Shown piece by piece: positions 60,834 to 64,000 of a DNA stretch of 64,000 bases. A program made the translations under genes and the position numbers. The notes beneath the pieces were generated by a model that was not told where the DNA came from, did no database searches, and saw only the letters and a list, made by a program, of their open reading frames with translations. Source of the DNA: Myxococcales bacterium (GTDB taxonomy: Bacteria > Myxococcota_A > UBA9042). How positions within the stretch are numbered: position 1 is the first letter of the stretch; every line of letters starts with the position of its first letter. The stretch spans positions 1 to 64,000 of the forward strand of contig JBBISH010000002.1 of the NCBI GenBank assembly GCA_037441385.1, in the 5' to 3' direction.

Positions 60834-60883
60834 CGTTTTGGCAAAAAGGGAAGGTCGATCCGCAGATCAGCCCGCGCCTTTGC

Positions 60884-61198
60884 TCAGTCGGCCTTCTTGC
60901 GCAGCGTGGTCTTGTAGACCCAGCGCTTGTGCTTGCTCATCGGCCGGCACTCTTCGATCACCACCTGGTCGCCCAGGCTGCAGTGGCCGTGCTCGTCGTG
61001 GGCCATGTACTTGGCGCGGCGACGCACGTACTTGCGGTACTTGGGGTGCAGGAAGATACGGGTGACCGAGATCACCGCCGTCTTCTCCATCTTGGTCGAA
61101 ACCACCACGCCGGTCAGGCGACGACGGTGACGGGCCTCGCCCGCCTCCTCGCCCTGCACGCCCGCGTCGATCGTCTCGGCACTTGTGTTGTCCGTCAT
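60884..61198 (-). CDS. rpsQ: 30S ribosomal protein S17
   Basis: Motifs G.VVS.KM.KT, HPKY.K and ECRP.SK.KRW. Confidence 0.97.
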   Translation of the reverse strand: MTDNTSAETIDAGVQGEEAGEARHRRRLTGVVVSTKMEKTAVISVTRIFLHPKYRKYVRRRAKYMAHDEHGHCSLGDQVVIEECRPMSKHKRWVYKTTLRKKAD

Positions 61199-61273
61199 GA
61201 CTTGCTCCTAGCTCCGTATCGGCTTGCCGCTGTCTTGGCGGCTGTGCCCGACCTGGCGACGATTGCGCCTACG

Positions 61274-61489
61274 TTATTCCTGGACCGGCGCCTGGTTGAT
61301 GCCCAGCTCCAGCTCGCGGATGCGGGTCAGGACCCGCGCCAGCTCGCGGCGGGTGGTGCGCAGCTTGATGGGGCTGGCCAACTGCCCGGTGTGGTGCTGA
61401 AAGCGCAACCGGAACAACTCGTCGCGCAAGTCAGTCTCGCGCTTCTTGAGCTCGACTTCGGTCAGCTCGGCAATGACGTGGTTCTTCAT
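61274..61489 (-). CDS. rpmC: 50S ribosomal protein L29
   Basis: ELF.LRFQ..TGQL and RRELARVLT; position between rplP and rpsQ. Confidence 0.95.
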   Translation of the reverse strand: MKNHVIAELTEVELKKRETDLRDELFRLRFQHHTGQLASPIKLRTTRRELARVLTRIRELELGINQAPVQE

Positions 61490-61902
61490 TGGATCTCTCC
61501 GCGCGAAATGATCTTGCACTTGATCGGCAGCTTGTGGGCCGCGACCCGCAGCGCCTCGATGACCAGGGCCCGGTCATCCGACTGAATCTCGTACAGCATC
61601 GTGCCGGGAAGCACCGACGCAACCCAGTGATCCGGTGGCCCCTTGCCCTTACCCATGCGGGTTTCGGCGGGCTTCTTCGAGATGGGCTTGTGCGGGAAGA
61701 TGCGGATCCACACCTTCGCGTCGCGCTTCATCTTGCGGGTCATCGAGATACGAGCCGACTCGATCTGACGGCTGGTGAGCCAACCGCACTCGGCGGCCAT
61801 GAGCCCGATGTCGCCGTACGACACTTCGTTGCCGGTGTGCGCCACACCGTGCATCGTGCCCTTTTGCACTTTGCGCCATTGTACGCGCTTGGGAGCCAAC
61901 AT
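61486..61902 (-). CDS. rplP: 50S ribosomal protein L16
   Basis: Motifs ML.PKR..WRK, WIRIFP and RMGKGKG. Confidence 0.98.
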   Translation of the reverse strand: MLAPKRVQWRKVQKGTMHGVAHTGNEVSYGDIGLMAAECGWLTSRQIESARISMTRKMKRDAKVWIRIFPHKPISKKPAETRMGKGKGPPDHWVASVLPGTMLYEIQSDDRALVIEALRVAAHKLPIKCKIISRGEIQ

Positions 61903-61975
61903 GGCTGTCTCCTGACTGCGCCTGCCCTACGGCAAGCGCTTTGAGTTTAGGCCGCTGGGGCCGCGGGCCGGCTAG

Positions 61976-62629
<654 letters not shown>

Positions 62630-62668
62630 GATGACCTCTCGCTTTGATGGTTGCCGACAGGCGGCGCC

Positions 62669-63013
62669 TTACTTCACACCCAGTTCGAGCGTGACATGGC
62701 TGTTCTTCTTGAGGATCTTGGTCGCGCGGCCCTGAGCCCGCGGCGTCCACCGCTTGAGCATGTCCGCCTGATCGACGAACACCGTCTTGACGTAGAGCGA
62801 ATCCACGTCGAGGCCCTGGTTGTTGCGCGCGTTGGCGATGGCGCTGTCGAGCAGCTTGCGCACCGGGGTCGCGCCCAGCTTGGTAATGAATTGCAAGAGG
62901 TTCAGCGCCTCTTCGACCCGCTTGCCGCGGATGCGATCGACGACCACCCGCACCTTACGGGGGGCGATCGGCAGGTTGCGCAGGTAGACCTTCGTCGTGG
63001 TCGTGTCGTTCAT
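62669..63013 (-). CDS. rplV: 50S ribosomal protein L22
   Basis: Motifs APRKVR.V.D.IRG, SAIANA and PRAQGRA. Confidence 0.97.
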   Translation of the reverse strand: MNDTTTTKVYLRNLPIAPRKVRVVVDRIRGKRVEEALNLLQFITKLGATPVRKLLDSAIANARNNQGLDVDSLYVKTVFVDQADMLKRWTPRAQGRATKILKKNSHVTLELGVK

Positions 63014-63094
63014 GGCTTGCTCCAACGCGTCGCGATGTTCACTGTTTGGCCGCAGGCGGCACCGCCGCACTCCGACGCAATCGCGAAGATTCGC

Positions 63095-63373
63095 CTACTT
63101 CTTCTTGACCTTCTTGTCGGCCGAGTGACCGTGGAAGGTACGGGTGGGGGCGAACTCGCCCATCTTGTGGCCGACCATGTTCTCGGTGACGAACACCGGC
63201 ACGAACTTCTTGCCGTTGTGGACCATGAAGTTCAGGCCGACGAAGTCGGGGTAGATGGTCGAGCGGCGCGACCAGGTCTTGATCGGGCGCTTGTTGTTGG
63301 TCCGATTCGACTCTTCGACCTTCCCCTTCAGGTGGCCGTCGACGAAAGGTCCTTTCTTAATTGAACGCGGCAT
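63095..63373 (-). CDS. rpsS: 30S ribosomal protein S19
   Basis: Motifs RS.KKGPFVD, KTWSRRS and GHK.GEFAPTR. Confidence 0.98.
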   Translation of the reverse strand: MPRSIKKGPFVDGHLKGKVEESNRTNNKRPIKTWSRRSTIYPDFVGLNFMVHNGKKFVPVFVTENMVGHKMGEFAPTRTFHGHSADKKVKKK

Positions 63374-63437
63374 GGCGAGTTCCTTGTGCGAGTTCCGCTT
63401 CGGGCGCCCTAGCTAGCAGCTGGGGCCGTGGTCCTGG

Positions 63438-64000
63438 TTAACGCTTGCCCTTGGGCCGGCGCGAGACGATCAGGTGATCGGTGCGCTTGTTGCTGCGGGT
63501 CTTGGGACCCTTGGTCTTCCAACCCCAAGGCGAGGTCGGGTGCCGACCGCCCGAGGTACGGCCTTCGCCACCGCCCATCGGGTGGTCGACCGGGTTCATG
63601 GCCACGCCACGCACGTGCGGGCGGATACCCAGCCAGCGCGAACGGCCGGCCTTGCCCAGGTTCAGCTTGTCGTGCTCGGGGTTGCCGGTCTGGCCGATGG
63701 TGGCGCGGCAGTCCTTGCCGACCTTGCGCAATTCGCCCGAGGGGAGGCGCAGCAACGCGTGCTTGCCTTCCTTGGCCATCAGCTGAGCCGAGGTGCCGGC
63801 GGCGCGGCAGAGCTGGCCGCCCTTGCCGGGCTGGAGCTCCACGTTGTGGACCATGGTACCGACCGGGATCGAGGCGAGCGGCAAGGTGTTGCCGGCCTGA
63901 ATGTCGGCGTTCTTGCTCGAGATCACCGTGTCGCCAACCTTCAGGTTCAGCGGCGCGAGGATGTAGCGCTTCTCGCCGTCAGCGTAGTGCAGCAGCGCAA
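63438..64000 (-). CDS. rplB: 50S ribosomal protein L2 (5' end outside window)
   Basis: [27 protein letters not shown]; frame stays open to the window edge. Confidence 0.97.
   Translation of the reverse strand, partial: ALLHYADGEKRYILAPLNLKVGDTVISSKNADIQAGNTLPLASIPVGTMVHNVELQPGKGGQLCRAAGTSAQLMAKEGKHALLRLPSGELRKVGKDCRATIGQTGNPEHDKLNLGKAGRSRWLGIRPHVRGVAMNPVDHPMGGGEGRTSGGRHPTSPWGWKTKGPKTRSNKRTDHLIVSRRPKGKR

Overview
GC-rich bacterial chromosomal window, probably from a Myxococcota/deltaproteobacterial-type lineage. This is inferred from the many Cys-rich lipoproteins, a Zn-type S4, and the S10-spc-alpha gene order. The right ~15 kb (49.3-64 kb, minus strand) is the ribosomal superoperon from rplB (partial) to rplQ. 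It lacks rpmD and map, has unusually long spacers, has an internal sigma70-like promoter where rpmD normally sits, and encodes an RpoA with a ~25-aa insertion. The left and middle parts are accessory or envelope DNA: DUF3160, an M20 peptidase and Omp85 operon, a betaproteobacterial-looking gap-pgk pair, a GMC oxidase fused to a Cys-nucleophile alpha/beta hydrolase facing a soluble-adenylate-cyclase-like STAND protein, several Cys-rich secreted proteins, an ABC exporter with a Cys-rich insert, wecB, rluB and lnt. Three copies of a 132-bp TA-flanked MITE-like element occur at about 24.6, 29.6 and 34.6 kb. Two of them, in inverted orientation, bracket a ~5-kb island with immunity-like genes and a YhcG-N-like plus PD-(D/E)XK nuclease pair flanked by a 51-bp duplication. 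No rRNA, tRNA or CRISPR array was seen. All family assignments are by eye from motifs; no searches were run.
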